Assembly: GCA_050942735.1 (NCBI GenBank)
Contig: JBMNNW010000012.1
Location: forward strand, 1,053-65,052
Source of the DNA: Armatimonadota bacterium
Lineage (GTDB): Bacteria > Armatimonadota > Zipacnadia > Zipacnadales > UBA5352
Direction of reading: 5' to 3'
Length of the DNA stretch: 64,000 nucleotides
Numbering within the stretch: the stretch's first letter is position 1; each line of letters starts with the position of its first letter. The notes beneath the pieces were generated by a model, which saw only the letters and a program-made list of their open reading frames with translations, was not told the origin of the DNA and did not search any database. This document shows, piece after piece, positions 1 to 9,155 of the stretch. Position numbers and translations under genes: made by a program.

Positions 1-2
1 CG

Positions 3-137
3 GCGGAGATCTCGCTGCCGCAGGTCTTCCGCGGTGAGATCATCGAGGTGCTGCAGCTTCCGCATGTTCCCGCGGAACTGCTCAGGTTCGAGTGCTCGTG
101 CGGCCCGCTGTGGGTGGCGATCGCGCAGTCGGGCTGA
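3..137 (+). CDS. 3' end of a probable CheX/CheC-like phosphatase (5' part outside the window)
   Basis: Manual translation AEISLPQVFRGEIIEVLQLPHVPAELLRFECSCGPLWVAIAQSG* resembles the CheX C-terminus (ISxPxVxxG...F...G); it lies directly upstream of cheA. Confidence 0.5.
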   Translation, partial: AEISLPQVFRGEIIEVLQLPHVPAELLRFECSCGPLWVAIAQSG

Positions 138-150
138 GTCCGCTGATGCG

Positions 151-166
151 TGGCACGGGAGTTGCC
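151..166 (+). promoter_or_regulatory. sigma54 (-24/-12) promoter of cheA operon
   Basis: TGGCACGGGAGTTGCC: GG-N10-GC with TGGCACG and TTGC consensus cores, 45 nt before the cheA ATG. Confidence 0.8.
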
Positions 167-210
167 GCAGTGGCGGCCGAGCCCGAAGAAAGGGGAACTG
201 ACACGCCATC

Positions 211-2595
211 ATGCCTGAGACCGGTCGTGAGATCGTCCGACTGCTTCACGCCGCGATCGATGCTCTCAGCACGTCGCAGGCCACCGATCGGAACGCCCTC
301 TCCACCGCGGGAGCGGCCCTCGAGGAGGCCGTGGAGGCGCTGCCGCACGGCGTGCCCGGCGTCGGCACGGTGCTGAGCCTCGCGCTTGAGGCGCTGGAGG
401 GCGCATACACGGGCGCGCTTGATCGCGCGAACGCCATCTCCGCCGTGGGGGATACGCTGAGGGCCGCACTGCGGGGCCTCGACGCACCCGCCGACGCCTC
501 GCCGACCGAGGCAGCCGACGGGATCGGCCAGGCCGGACGTGCGCTCTGGGCACTGCTCGCACGCGATCCGGGGCTGTCGCCCTTCGCCGAGCCCCGTCCG
601 AGCGCATCCACCGGGAGAGCGTCCATCACCGAGCGTCTCGCGACGCTGATCAGCCTCGACCCGGAGGACACGCCCGAGCTGGCGAACCTCGCCGCGTGGC
701 TGGTCGAGCGCGCCGAGGACGCGTCTCTCGACGACGCGGCGCGGGAGGCCGCCGATCGCGCGCGCGAGCTGGTCTGCCGGGTGCTCGACGGCTCGGCCGA
801 CGACCCCGCGCAGGCACTCGACGAGGCCGCGGAGGCGCTCAGCGAGGCGGCAGAGCCGCCACCGGCCTCGCCGCCGGCCGAAGAGGCCGATGAGCCCGCC
901 TGCCTGCAGTTCGCGGGCGACGCGGCGCTGCTGGCGGAGTTCATCGCGGAGGCGCTCGATCACCTGCGCAATGCCGAAGCCGGAATGCTGGCGCTTGAGA
1001 TCGAGCCGGGCGACGGTGAGGCGGTCAACGCCGTCTTCCGAGCGTTTCACACGATCAAGGGGGCCGCCGGCTTCCTCGGCCTGGCCACCGTCCAGGAGCT
1101 TGCGCACAGGGCTGAGAACCTGCTCGTGCGGGTGCGCGAGGGAGAACTCCGTCTCACCGAGGGCCACGCGGACCTCGCGCTCGAGTCCGCCGACGCGCTC
1201 AGGCAGATGCTTGAGGACCTCGCCGGCTGGCAGGACGGTCCGCTGCCGGAGCCCCCGCGCGAGTACGATGAACTGCTCGGAAGGCTGAGCGCCCGCGGAG
1301 TCGGCTGCGCCGGTGCACCCGTCCGACCGTCGGTGGAGGCCGGTGCGTCAGCGGCGACGGCGGTCGCGCAGGCCCCGCGCAGGCGGCGGAACACCGCTCA
1401 GAACGTCGCCGAGGGCACCGTGCGCGTCGGCACCGGCCGGCTGGACTCGCTGATCAACATGGTCGGTGAGCTTGTGATCGCCAACGCGATGCTGGCTCAG
1501 GACGAGGAGCTACGCGAGCGGTCCGGGCAGGAGGTCGTGCGCAAGATCGATCAGATCTCCAAGATCACCCGCGAGCTTCAAGATGTGACCATGTCGCTGC
1601 GGATGGTGCCACTCTCGGCGACCTTCCAGCGGATGGCGCGGCTCGTGCGCGACCTCTCTCGCAAGTCGGGCAAGCAGGTGGAGCTTCTGACCGAGGGTGA
1701 GGACACGGAGATCGATCGCAACATGGTCGAGGCCATCTCCGATCCGCTGCTGCACATGGTGCGCAATGCCGTCGATCACGGCATCGAGTCGCCTCAGGAG
1801 CGGCGCGAGGCCGGCAAGCCGCCGACCGGCACCGTCGTCCTTCGCGCCTACCACGCAGCCGGCAGCGTGGCGATCGAGCTTGAGGATGACGGCAGGGGGC
1901 TGGACCGCAAGCGCATCCGCGCGAAGGCGGTGCGCGACGGGGTGATCGCCGAGGACGCTCAACTCTCCGACGAGGAGATCTTCCGGCTGATCTTCGCCGC
2001 GGGCCTTTCCACCGCCGAGCAGGTCACCGACGTCTCCGGCCGCGGGGTCGGGATGGACGTTGTGAGGCGCAACATCGAGGCCCTGCGCGGCCGCATCGAG
2101 ATCGCCTCGACGCCCGGCGAGGGCACGGTCTTCACCGCCCGCGTCCCGCTGACCCTCGCGATCATCGACGGGATGCTCCTGCGCGTGGGCGCAGAGAGGT
2201 ACATCCTGCCGACGATCAGCATCCTGCGCGCGGTCCGGCCGGAGCCGGGCAGCGTGAGCAGTGTCAGCGGGCGCGGGGAGATGATCGACCTGCAGGGCGA
2301 GCTTCTGCCGGTGCTGCGCCTCCACGACCTGCTGGGCATCGACGGCGCGCCTCGGAGCGTCTGCGACGGGCTCGTGGTGGTGACGGAGAGCGGTGGTGCG
2401 GCGGCCGCGCTGCTGGTGGATGAGTTGCTCGGCCAGCAGCAGATCGTCATCAAGTCGCTGGGCGACGGGCTGGGTAACGTGCCGGGCGTCTCCGGAGCGG
2501 CGATCCTCGGCGACGGCAGCGTCGGGCTGATCCTCGACGTGGACGGACTGCTCAGGATCGCCCACTCGTATGAGGGGGCGTACACGGCGGCGTAG
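211..2595 (+). CDS. cheA: Chemotaxis histidine kinase CheA with extra N-terminal helical region
   Basis: Hpt motif FRAFHTIKGAAGFLG, dimerisation LDSLINMVGELVI, HATPase HMVRNAVDHGIE, DDGRGLD and SGRGVGMDVV, C-terminal CheW-like domain. Confidence 0.97.
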   Translation: MPETGREIVRLLHAAIDALSTSQATDRNALSTAGAALEEAVEALPHGVPGVGTVLSLALEALEGAYTGALDRANAISAVGDTLRAALRGLDAPADASPTEAADGIGQAGRALWALLARDPGLSPFAEPRPSASTGRASITERLATLISLDPEDTPELANLAAWLVERAEDASLDDAAREAADRARELVCRVLDGSADDPAQALDEAAEALSEAAEPPPASPPAEEADEPACLQFAGDAALLAEFIAEALDHLRNAEAGMLALEIEPGDGEAVNAVFRAFHTIKGAAGFLGLATVQELAHRAENLLVRVREGELRLTEGHADLALESADALRQMLEDLAGWQDGPLPEPPREYDELLGRLSARGVGCAGAPVRPSVEAGASAATAVAQAPRRRRNTAQNVAEGTVRVGTGRLDSLINMVGELVIANAMLAQDEELRERSGQEVVRKIDQISKITRELQDVTMSLRMVPLSATFQRMARLVRDLSRKSGKQVELLTEGEDTEIDRNMVEAISDPLLHMVRNAVDHGIESPQERREAGKPPTGTVVLRAYHAAGSVAIELEDDGRGLDRKRIRAKAVRDGVIAEDAQLSDEEIFRLIFAAGLSTAEQVTDVSGRGVGMDVVRRNIEALRGRIEIASTPGEGTVFTARVPLTLAIIDGMLLRVGAERYILPTISILRAVRPEPGSVSSVSGRGEMIDLQGELLPVLRLHDLLGIDGAPRSVCDGLVVVTESGGAAAALLVDELLGQQQIVIKSLGDGLGNVPGVSGAAILGDGSVGLILDVDGLLRIAHSYEGAYTAA

Positions 2596-2694
2596 CGCCG
2601 CGGGGAGGCAAGTGACGGCAGAGGTACCTTCAGCGAGATGACCGAAGACGTGCGCGGGGCCCGGATGGGCCGTGCGGAAAGAGGTGACGAGACG

Positions 2695-3249
2695 ATGGCT
2701 CAGGCCGACGTGCTGACCGACGCCGAGGCCGCGGAAGCGGGCCCCGGCGGGAAGTACCTGACTTTCGGGCTGGGGGGTGAGGAGTACGGGCTGGAGATCC
2801 TGAAGGTGCGCGAGATCATCGGCGCGATGGACATAACATCGGTTCCGCGCACCCCGGACTTCGTGATGGGCGTGATCAACCTTCGGGGCAACGTGATCCC
2901 GGTGATTGACCTGCGCCTGAAGTTCGGGATGGCCCACGCCGATCAGACGGACGAGACGTGCATCATCGTCGTGGACGTGCTGGGGATGGAGATGGGGATC
3001 CTGGTGGACCGCGTCTCCGAGGTGCTGGACATCGCCGAGGGTGAGATTCAGCCCGCGCCAAGCTTCGGGGTGGCGGTGGACACGGACTTCATCCTCGGCA
3101 TCGGCAAGGCAGCGGACAAGGTGACGATCCTGCTCAACATCAGTGAGGTGCTGTCGTCGGTCGAGGTCGGCGAGATTAGCCGGCTGGCAGACTGCACACT
3201 CCCCGAAGATGTCGGGGAGGAGACGGAAGAGGTGGAGGATCAACCGTGA
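2695..3249 (+). CDS. cheW: Chemotaxis coupling protein CheW
   Basis: YLTFGLGGEEYGLEILKVREII, VPRTPDFVMGVINLRGNVIPVIDLR; ORF track starts at 2638, ATG 2695 preferred. Confidence 0.95.
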   Translation: MAQADVLTDAEAAEAGPGGKYLTFGLGGEEYGLEILKVREIIGAMDITSVPRTPDFVMGVINLRGNVIPVIDLRLKFGMAHADQTDETCIIVVDVLGMEMGILVDRVSEVLDIAEGEIQPAPSFGVAVDTDFILGIGKAADKVTILLNISEVLSSVEVGEISRLADCTLPEDVGEETEEVEDQP

Positions 3250-3899
3250 TGCGCACACAGAGGAGCGCACTCGCATGTGTTGTGACGATGATCGCGGTGA
3301 GCGGGATGGCTGTCGATGCGTGTCCCACGGGCCTCAATGTCGTGCCCACGGCGGACGTCCAGCCCGAGGGCCGCCTCAGCATTCAGCTGGAGGTGGCGCG
3401 GGATGCAACAGCACACGATGACGACCCGAGGTGGTCGCTCCTGGCCCAGATCGGGCTGCCCCACCGGACGGAGCTCGGCGTGGATCTCGCGGACCTGCAG
3501 AGTGACGCCCTATGGCTCCTCGACGCCAAGTGGCAGGTGGTGGAGGAGTCCGATGACCACCCCGCTGTGGCCCTCGGGCTCCTGGACATCAACCGCGGCC
3601 CCGAGCGTGGTTACTACCTGGCCGGAGCGAGGCACATCGGTTCCGGCGCGTTGCGGGCCCACGCAGGTGTGCTGCGCGTCAATGATACGACAGCCGGGAT
3701 GTTCGGCGCCGAGGTCGAGGTCGCGCCCCGCACCGTGATGATGATCGACCTGATCACAGGAGCCGACGGTCGGAGTGGGCTGGGCGTCGAACACGCGCTC
3801 GGCGCAGGCTACGGGGTATACGTGTTCCACATCGCCGGCAACACCGACGACGGTGCGCATCCGTCGGGCCTGAACCTCTCCTGGGAGGGGCGGTGGTGA
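3246..3899 (+). CDS. Hypothetical exported protein, probable small outer-membrane beta-barrel
   Basis: Signal-peptide-like N-terminus, alternating amphipathic strands, C-terminal aromatic residue (LSWEGRW); start overlaps the cheW stop. Confidence 0.55.
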   Translation: MMRTQRSALACVVTMIAVSGMAVDACPTGLNVVPTADVQPEGRLSIQLEVARDATAHDDDPRWSLLAQIGLPHRTELGVDLADLQSDALWLLDAKWQVVEESDDHPAVALGLLDINRGPERGYYLAGARHIGSGALRAHAGVLRVNDTTAGMFGAEVEVAPRTVMMIDLITGADGRSGLGVEHALGAGYGVYVFHIAGNTDDGAHPSGLNLSWEGRW

Positions 3900-4017
3900 T
3901 GCGGCTGAGGATGCCCTGCGGCAGCGATGAAACGTGCCGGCGACCTACCAGCATTGACCCGGGCGGCGCGGAGCACCCGACCGCCCCAACACTGACGCGA
4001 CAGGGAGCATCGAGATC

Positions 4018-6168
4018 ATGTTGCAGAAGCTGAACAGCATCAAGCTCGGACCGAAGCTGATCGGCGCATTCGTGTCCGTGGCGCTGATCGCCCTGGTGAT
4101 CGGCCTGGTCGGCTACGCGGGCATCAATGCGGTCGACCATCAGGCCGACCAGCTGGGTGAAGTGCGCTTGCCATCGGTGGACTACCTGTGGGAGATAGAT
4201 GCGTGCATGCAGGCGATCTGGGTGGGCGAGCGGGGGCTCACGCACCCCCGCATGATGGACCCGGAGCTTCGGCAGGAGCAGTACGACTGGATTGACGAAC
4301 ACCGCACCAAGGCGGAGGCCGCGTATGAGGCGTTCATTCCGCTTGAACACTCAGAGCAAGATGCAAAGCTGTGGGGTGAGTTCGAGCCGCTCTGGGCGGG
4401 CTGGATAGAGAAGCATGAAGTGGTCTACCACCTGAGCGGCGAGAAGGACCGGCTCATTGCATCGGGCGTCCCTCCCACCGATCCTCGCGTCGTCTCACTC
4501 GACGACCAGGCCTTCGCTGCGTCTCTCGAAGCCCAGGCGGCAGCAATCGAGGCGTCAGATGCGCTTGATGGTCTCCTCGAGCTGCAGCGGGAGGAGGGGA
4601 CCGCGGCAGTCGCGACGTCGGTGGCGGTCACCGCGCAACGCCAGCTCATCATGCTCGTGGCGAGCGGCATTGGCCTGGTGCTGGCGGTTCTGCTCGGCGT
4701 GGCGATTTCGCGCAACATCAGCGACCCGATGCGCCGGACGGTGCGGATGATCGACGAGATGGGCAGAGGGCACCTGAATGAGCGACTTGACCTCAAGCGC
4801 GGCGATGAGATCGGCGAACTCGCGGGCACGATGGACCGGTTCGCCGAGGACCTCCAGCAGCAGGTGATCGGGTCGATGCAGCGCATTGCGGAGGGGGACG
4901 CGAACTTCGAGGTCCCCGTCAAGGACGGGGCCGACGAGATCGGTCCGGCACTGAATGAGACCGCAGGCGCGATCCAGGCCCTCGTCAGTGACGCCAACAT
5001 GCTCAGCGAAGCCGCGGTCGCGGGAAAGCTCGACGTTCGCGCTGACGCCGAGCGCCACCAGGGGGACTTCCGCCGCATCATCGAGGGCGTCAACGACACG
5101 CTTGACGCGGTCGTCGAGCCGCTGCAGGAGGCCAACGAGATCCTTGAGGGCGCAGCGAATCGCGACCTGACCTCGCGCATGAAGGGCGACTACCGCGGAG
5201 AGCTGGCCGAGCTGAAGAACTACGTCAACCGCGCGCTCAACGCCATGGACGAGTCGCTCGGGCAGGTCGCCGGCGCCGTCGTGCAGGTCGCGGAGGCCTC
5301 CGGGCAGATCAGCTCGGGCAGCCAGCAACTGGCCGAGGGCGCGGCCGAGCAGGCAAGCTCGCTGGAGGAGGTGTCCTCGAGCCTCGAAGAACTCGGCGCG
5401 ATGACCCGGCAGAACGCGGGCAACGCCGGAGAGGCCCGCAATCTCTCCGACGAGGCCGCCGAGGGCGCGAAGAAGGGCAATGAAGCGATGACGCGGATGT
5501 CGGACGCGATGGACCAGATTCAGGCGTCATCGGAGGAGACCGCGAAGATCGTCAAGACGATCGACGAGATCGCGTTTCAGACGAATCTGCTGGCGCTCAA
5601 CGCCGCGGTGGAGGCCGCGCGGGCGGGCGATGCGGGGAAGGGATTCGCGGTGGTCGCCGAGGAGGTCCGCAACCTCGCGCAGCGCTCGGCGGAGGCCGCG
5701 AAGGACACCGCGGACATGATCGAGGAGGCGGTCAAGAACGCCGAGGGCGGCGTGACCATCAGCCACGAGGTGGCAGAGGCCCTCACCGAGATCGGGAGGG
5801 GTGCGACGAGCGTCAATGAGTTGGTCGCGGAGATCGCGGCTGCCTCCGACGAGCAGGCGCAGGGGCTGGAGCAGATCAACACGGCCATCGGGGAGATGGA
5901 CTCGGTCACGCAGAACAATGCCGCCAACTCCGAGGAATCGGCCTCGGCGGCCGAGGAACTCTCCGCACAGGCCCAGGAGCTGCGCGGGATGGTCGAGACC
6001 TTCCGCCTGACCGTCGCGCAGAGCGCATCGGGCGGGACCTCACTGACCCTCGTAGGCAGGGACCCGGGTGAGGAGGCGAGGCGTCCGACGCCCGCGCCCA
6101 AGGAGCCGCCCTCACGGGCGATCCCGCTCGATGACGATGACGACATGGAGGCGCTGAGCAGCTTCTGA
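4018..6168 (+). CDS. Methyl-accepting chemotaxis protein (2 TM, periplasmic helical sensor, HAMP domains)
   Basis: TM1 near N-terminus, TM2 at about residue 210, signalling hairpin [40 protein letters not shown]. Confidence 0.96.
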   Translation: MLQKLNSIKLGPKLIGAFVSVALIALVIGLVGYAGINAVDHQADQLGEVRLPSVDYLWEIDACMQAIWVGERGLTHPRMMDPELRQEQYDWIDEHRTKAEAAYEAFIPLEHSEQDAKLWGEFEPLWAGWIEKHEVVYHLSGEKDRLIASGVPPTDPRVVSLDDQAFAASLEAQAAAIEASDALDGLLELQREEGTAAVATSVAVTAQRQLIMLVASGIGLVLAVLLGVAISRNISDPMRRTVRMIDEMGRGHLNERLDLKRGDEIGELAGTMDRFAEDLQQQVIGSMQRIAEGDANFEVPVKDGADEIGPALNETAGAIQALVSDANMLSEAAVAGKLDVRADAERHQGDFRRIIEGVNDTLDAVVEPLQEANEILEGAANRDLTSRMKGDYRGELAELKNYVNRALNAMDESLGQVAGAVVQVAEASGQISSGSQQLAEGAAEQASSLEEVSSSLEELGAMTRQNAGNAGEARNLSDEAAEGAKKGNEAMTRMSDAMDQIQASSEETAKIVKTIDEIAFQTNLLALNAAVEAARAGDAGKGFAVVAEEVRNLAQRSAEAAKDTADMIEEAVKNAEGGVTISHEVAEALTEIGRGATSVNELVAEIAAASDEQAQGLEQINTAIGEMDSVTQNNAANSEESASAAEELSAQAQELRGMVETFRLTVAQSASGGTSLTLVGRDPGEEARRPTPAPKEPPSRAIPLDDDDDMEALSSF

Positions 6169-6241
6169 TCCGCCGCCTCCGGGGCACGGGGCCGCTCACC
6201 TCATCAGGGCGGCCCCCGCCCCTCCTTTCTCGCCGAGAGGC

Positions 6242-6269
6242 TCAAGTGCCTCGGGTCACGCGCCGATAG
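6242..6269 (+). promoter_or_regulatory. Putative sigma28 (FliA) promoter
   Basis: TCAA-N16-GCCGATAG, close to consensus TAAA-N15-GCCGATAA; upstream of the small ORF-cheR-cheD-cheY-cheX-cheB block. Confidence 0.55.
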
Positions 6270-6461
6270 ACTCCACGACGCGAAGGCGCTCCGCGCACAA
6301 ATCCGCGAGCGCCCGCGCAGGGGAAGGAGGATTCCGCGGGAGGTCGGGGAACAATCAACCGTCGGGGCATCGTCACAGAATATGTGGCGTCCGGATGGGC
6401 GCCGCGACGGTCGTCGCGCCGATCGAAGCCCCACCTGCCGCGGACCTGTGGAGGACACAGC

Positions 6462-6815
6462 ATGCTTCGAGACATTCCACACTGCAAGAGCATCCTGACA
6501 CTCGGCGTTGCGGGGATGATCGTGGGCGTGGTGATGCTCACGTGGATCTACCCCGCATTCTGCTCGAAGGTGTCACAGGTCAAGGAAACCAAGGTCCGCG
6601 AGCTGATGCACGATCGCTACGGCATCCCGAGCCGCTCGGGGTCACTCGTCGGGACGGGATCAGGCGCCGAGCAGGAGCTGTCGAAGGTCCTGCATTCAGA
6701 CGCCGCGCCCGCCCATCGCGAAAGCGACGACGACGCCGTGGAGGGCGACGCGCCTTCGGCGGCCGTCGAGAGCGTCATCCCCGAGCAGGCCTCCGCGAGC
6801 GCCGGGAGTCGCTGA
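6462..6815 (+). CDS. Small single-pass membrane protein of unknown function
   Basis: GGAGG RBS before ATG 6462; hydrophobic segment ILTLGVAGMIVGVVMLTWIYP followed by a polar/acidic tail. Confidence 0.55.
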   Translation: MLRDIPHCKSILTLGVAGMIVGVVMLTWIYPAFCSKVSQVKETKVRELMHDRYGIPSRSGSLVGTGSGAEQELSKVLHSDAAPAHRESDDDAVEGDAPSAAVESVIPEQASASAGSR

Positions 6816-6876
6816 CGCGCCTTCGCGCGATTCCCACGGTCGCCGAGACAACGCGGACCGGAACCCGGAGCGTGGC

Positions 6877-7731
6877 ATGATCGCTCAACTTCCGGTCGAT
6901 GAGTTGACTGATGCTCAGTTCGATGAGATCAGCCGGCTCGTGAAGCACCTCTGCGGTATCAATCTCCACTCAGGCAAGCGCGAGCTTGTTCGCGCGCGTC
7001 TTACCCGACGCCTGCGCGACCTCGGCCTCCCCAGCTTCGAACTCTACCTCGAGCGCCTGCGCTCAGATGACGGTGAGGAGATCGTTGGGCTGCTTGACGC
7101 CCTCTCCACGAATCTCACCCGCTTCTTCCGCGAGCCGGTGCACTTCGAAATTCTCGCAGCTCGCGTCAAAGACCGGGCCGAACACTCACCTGATGCACCG
7201 CTTCGGCTCTGGAGCGCGGGTTGCTCGTCGGGTGAGGAGCCCTACTCGCTCGCCATCAGCCTGCTTGAGGCCCTCGGTGAGCGCGCCTCCGGCCAGGCCC
7301 GGATACTCGCCACCGACATCTCCACGCGCGTGCTCGCGACCGCACGGGAGGGCGTCTACCCGTCGTCGCGTGTTGAGGAGCTCGACCGAGCGCTTGTCGC
7401 CCGCCACTTCAGCAGGACGCAGATCGGCGGCGAGCGTCATTTCCGCGTGAGTGAGCCTGTTCGTCACCTCGTCCGTTTCGCGCGCCTGAACCTGATGGAC
7501 CCGTGGCCGATGAGCGGGCCATTCTCGGCGATCTTCTGCCGGAACGTGATGATATACTTCGACAAGGCCACCCAGCAGGAACTTATCAGACGCTTCTGGG
7601 AGATCCTCCAGCCCGGCGGCGTACTCTTCATCGGACACTCAGAGAGCCTCACCGGTGTGACCCACCGCTTCAGATACCTCCAGCCCACCGTGTACGAGAA
7701 GCCGCTGAGCGAGAGCGGGCGGGTCCAGTGA
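6877..7731 (+). CDS. cheR: Chemotaxis methyltransferase CheR
   Basis: STNLTRFFRE, LRLWSAGCSSGEEPYSLA, ILATDIS, IFCRNVMIYFD. Confidence 0.97.
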   Translation: MIAQLPVDELTDAQFDEISRLVKHLCGINLHSGKRELVRARLTRRLRDLGLPSFELYLERLRSDDGEEIVGLLDALSTNLTRFFREPVHFEILAARVKDRAEHSPDAPLRLWSAGCSSGEEPYSLAISLLEALGERASGQARILATDISTRVLATAREGVYPSSRVEELDRALVARHFSRTQIGGERHFRVSEPVRHLVRFARLNLMDPWPMSGPFSAIFCRNVMIYFDKATQQELIRRFWEILQPGGVLFIGHSESLTGVTHRFRYLQPTVYEKPLSESGRVQ

Positions 7732-8255
7732 AGCGCGTGGTCGGCGTGGCGGAGATGGCGGTCTCATCCGATCCCGCGGATGTGCTGATCACGCACGCGC
7801 TGGGGAGCTGTCTTGGGATCGCCGCACACGATTCCGAGGCCTCCGTCGGCGGTCTGCTCCACGTGATGATGCCGTTGTCGCAGATCAACCGCGAGAAGGC
7901 GAGTGCGAACCCCTTCGTCTTCGTGGACACCGGCGTGCCGCGCTTCCTCGATGAACTCTTCAGCGCCGGGGCGGTGAAGCGGCGGCTGACGATCGCCGTC
8001 GCCGGTGGAGCAAGCACCAGCGCCAGTGAGTCCGACCGCTTCGCCATCGGCAGGCGCAACCTCGTTGTCTTCAGGAAGCTCATGTGGAAGAACGGGCTGC
8101 TCATCGGCGCGGAGGACGTCGGAGGGAGCCACGCGCGGACGATGCGCCTGGAGATCGCCTCGGGGCGCGTCGTGCTCTCAACCGGCTCAACCCACCGGGA
8201 GCTGCAACCCGCACGGCAGCATCAGCAGAGAGGAGGGGCGCGCAATGTCGCTTGA
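7728..8255 (+). CDS. cheD: Chemoreceptor glutamine deamidase CheD
   Basis: THALGSCLGIA, GGLLHVMMP, AGGA, IGRRN, EDVGGSHART; GTG start overlaps the cheR stop. Confidence 0.92.
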   Translation: MKRVVGVAEMAVSSDPADVLITHALGSCLGIAAHDSEASVGGLLHVMMPLSQINREKASANPFVFVDTGVPRFLDELFSAGAVKRRLTIAVAGGASTSASESDRFAIGRRNLVVFRKLMWKNGLLIGAEDVGGSHARTMRLEIASGRVVLSTGSTHRELQPARQHQQRGGARNVA

Positions 8256-8625
8256 TCTGCTCATCGTGGACGACAGCGCCGTCATGCGCGCGATGGTGCT
8301 CAGGACACTGCAGATGGCCGAGGTGTCGCTCGGCGAGATCCACCAGGCCGGCGACGGCCGCGAGGGCCTCGCTCTGCTGGGCGAGCACAGCATCGACCTC
8401 GCCATCGTGGACATCAACATGCCGGTGATGGACGGCGAGGAGATGATCCGCCGGGCGCGGGAGAATCCGGCCACCGCGCACATCCCGATCATGGTTATCT
8501 CCACCGAGGGCAGTCAGACGCGTATCAGCCGGCTCGTCCAGCGCGGTGTGCGGTTCGTGCACAAGCCATTCACCCCCGAGATCATCTGCGACGTGATCGC
8601 CGAACTGGCAGGTGAGGCGGCGTGA
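8245..8625 (+). CDS. cheY: CheY-like single-domain response regulator
   Basis: LLIVDDS, DLAIVDINMPVMDG, ISTE, HKPF; ATG 8245 after AGGAGG. Confidence 0.88.
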   Translation: MSLDLLIVDDSAVMRAMVLRTLQMAEVSLGEIHQAGDGREGLALLGEHSIDLAIVDINMPVMDGEEMIRRARENPATAHIPIMVISTEGSQTRISRLVQRGVRFVHKPFTPEIICDVIAELAGEAA

Positions 8626-9155
8626 CCCGACCGACCGAGCAGCTTGAACGCACCCTGCTTGAGATCACCGAGGCGACCTGTGAGACACTCGCGTTCATGT
8701 TCCCGACGCCACCGATCGAGGACGAGAGCAACGCGCGAGGCGACTACCAGGGCGAGTTGACGCACGTCCGCGTGTACTTCGCGGGTCCATTCGCGGGCTC
8801 GCTCGCGCTTTCCATGCCGCGCTCGATGCTGCCCGCGCTTGCGGCGAACATGCTCGGGCTCGATGAGCAGAGCACAACCAGCGAGCAGCGCATCGATGCG
8901 GCGCGCGAGTTGTGCAACGTTGTCTGCGGCAACCTCCTGCCGGCCGTCGCCGGGCGCGAGCCGGTCTTCAGCGTCAGCCCGCCGGAGCTTTGCGACGATC
9001 CGGGAGCGCCGGACTCGGCCGCCTGCGTGAGGAGCCGCGCGTGGCTCGACGAGGGCTGGGTCGAGGCCCGCTTCACGGTGGATGGCGGCCTCGACCGACT
9101 CCCGCACCGCCGTCGCGACGAGCCGGGAGCCGATGGACTGAGGTCGATCGCATGA
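8622..9155 (+). CDS. cheX: CheX/CheC-family chemotaxis phosphatase
   Basis: FAGPFAGSLAL and DAARELCNVVCGN (ExxN motif); operon context. Confidence 0.75.
   Translation: MTRPTEQLERTLLEITEATCETLAFMFPTPPIEDESNARGDYQGELTHVRVYFAGPFAGSLALSMPRSMLPALAANMLGLDEQSTTSEQRIDAARELCNVVCGNLLPAVAGREPVFSVSPPELCDDPGAPDSAACVRSRAWLDEGWVEARFTVDGGLDRLPHRRRDEPGADGLRSIA

Noticed and set aside
82-1167. 361-aa minus-strand ORF
   Set aside because: Antisense shadow of cheA; long shadow ORFs are expected at this GC content and no motifs were recognised
1510-3276. 588-aa minus-strand ORF
   Set aside because: Antisense to cheA/cheW with no recognisable domain
3939-3952. GG-N10-GC upstream of the MCP
   Set aside because: Lacks the TGGCAC and TTGC cores; such spacing arises often by chance in GC-rich DNA
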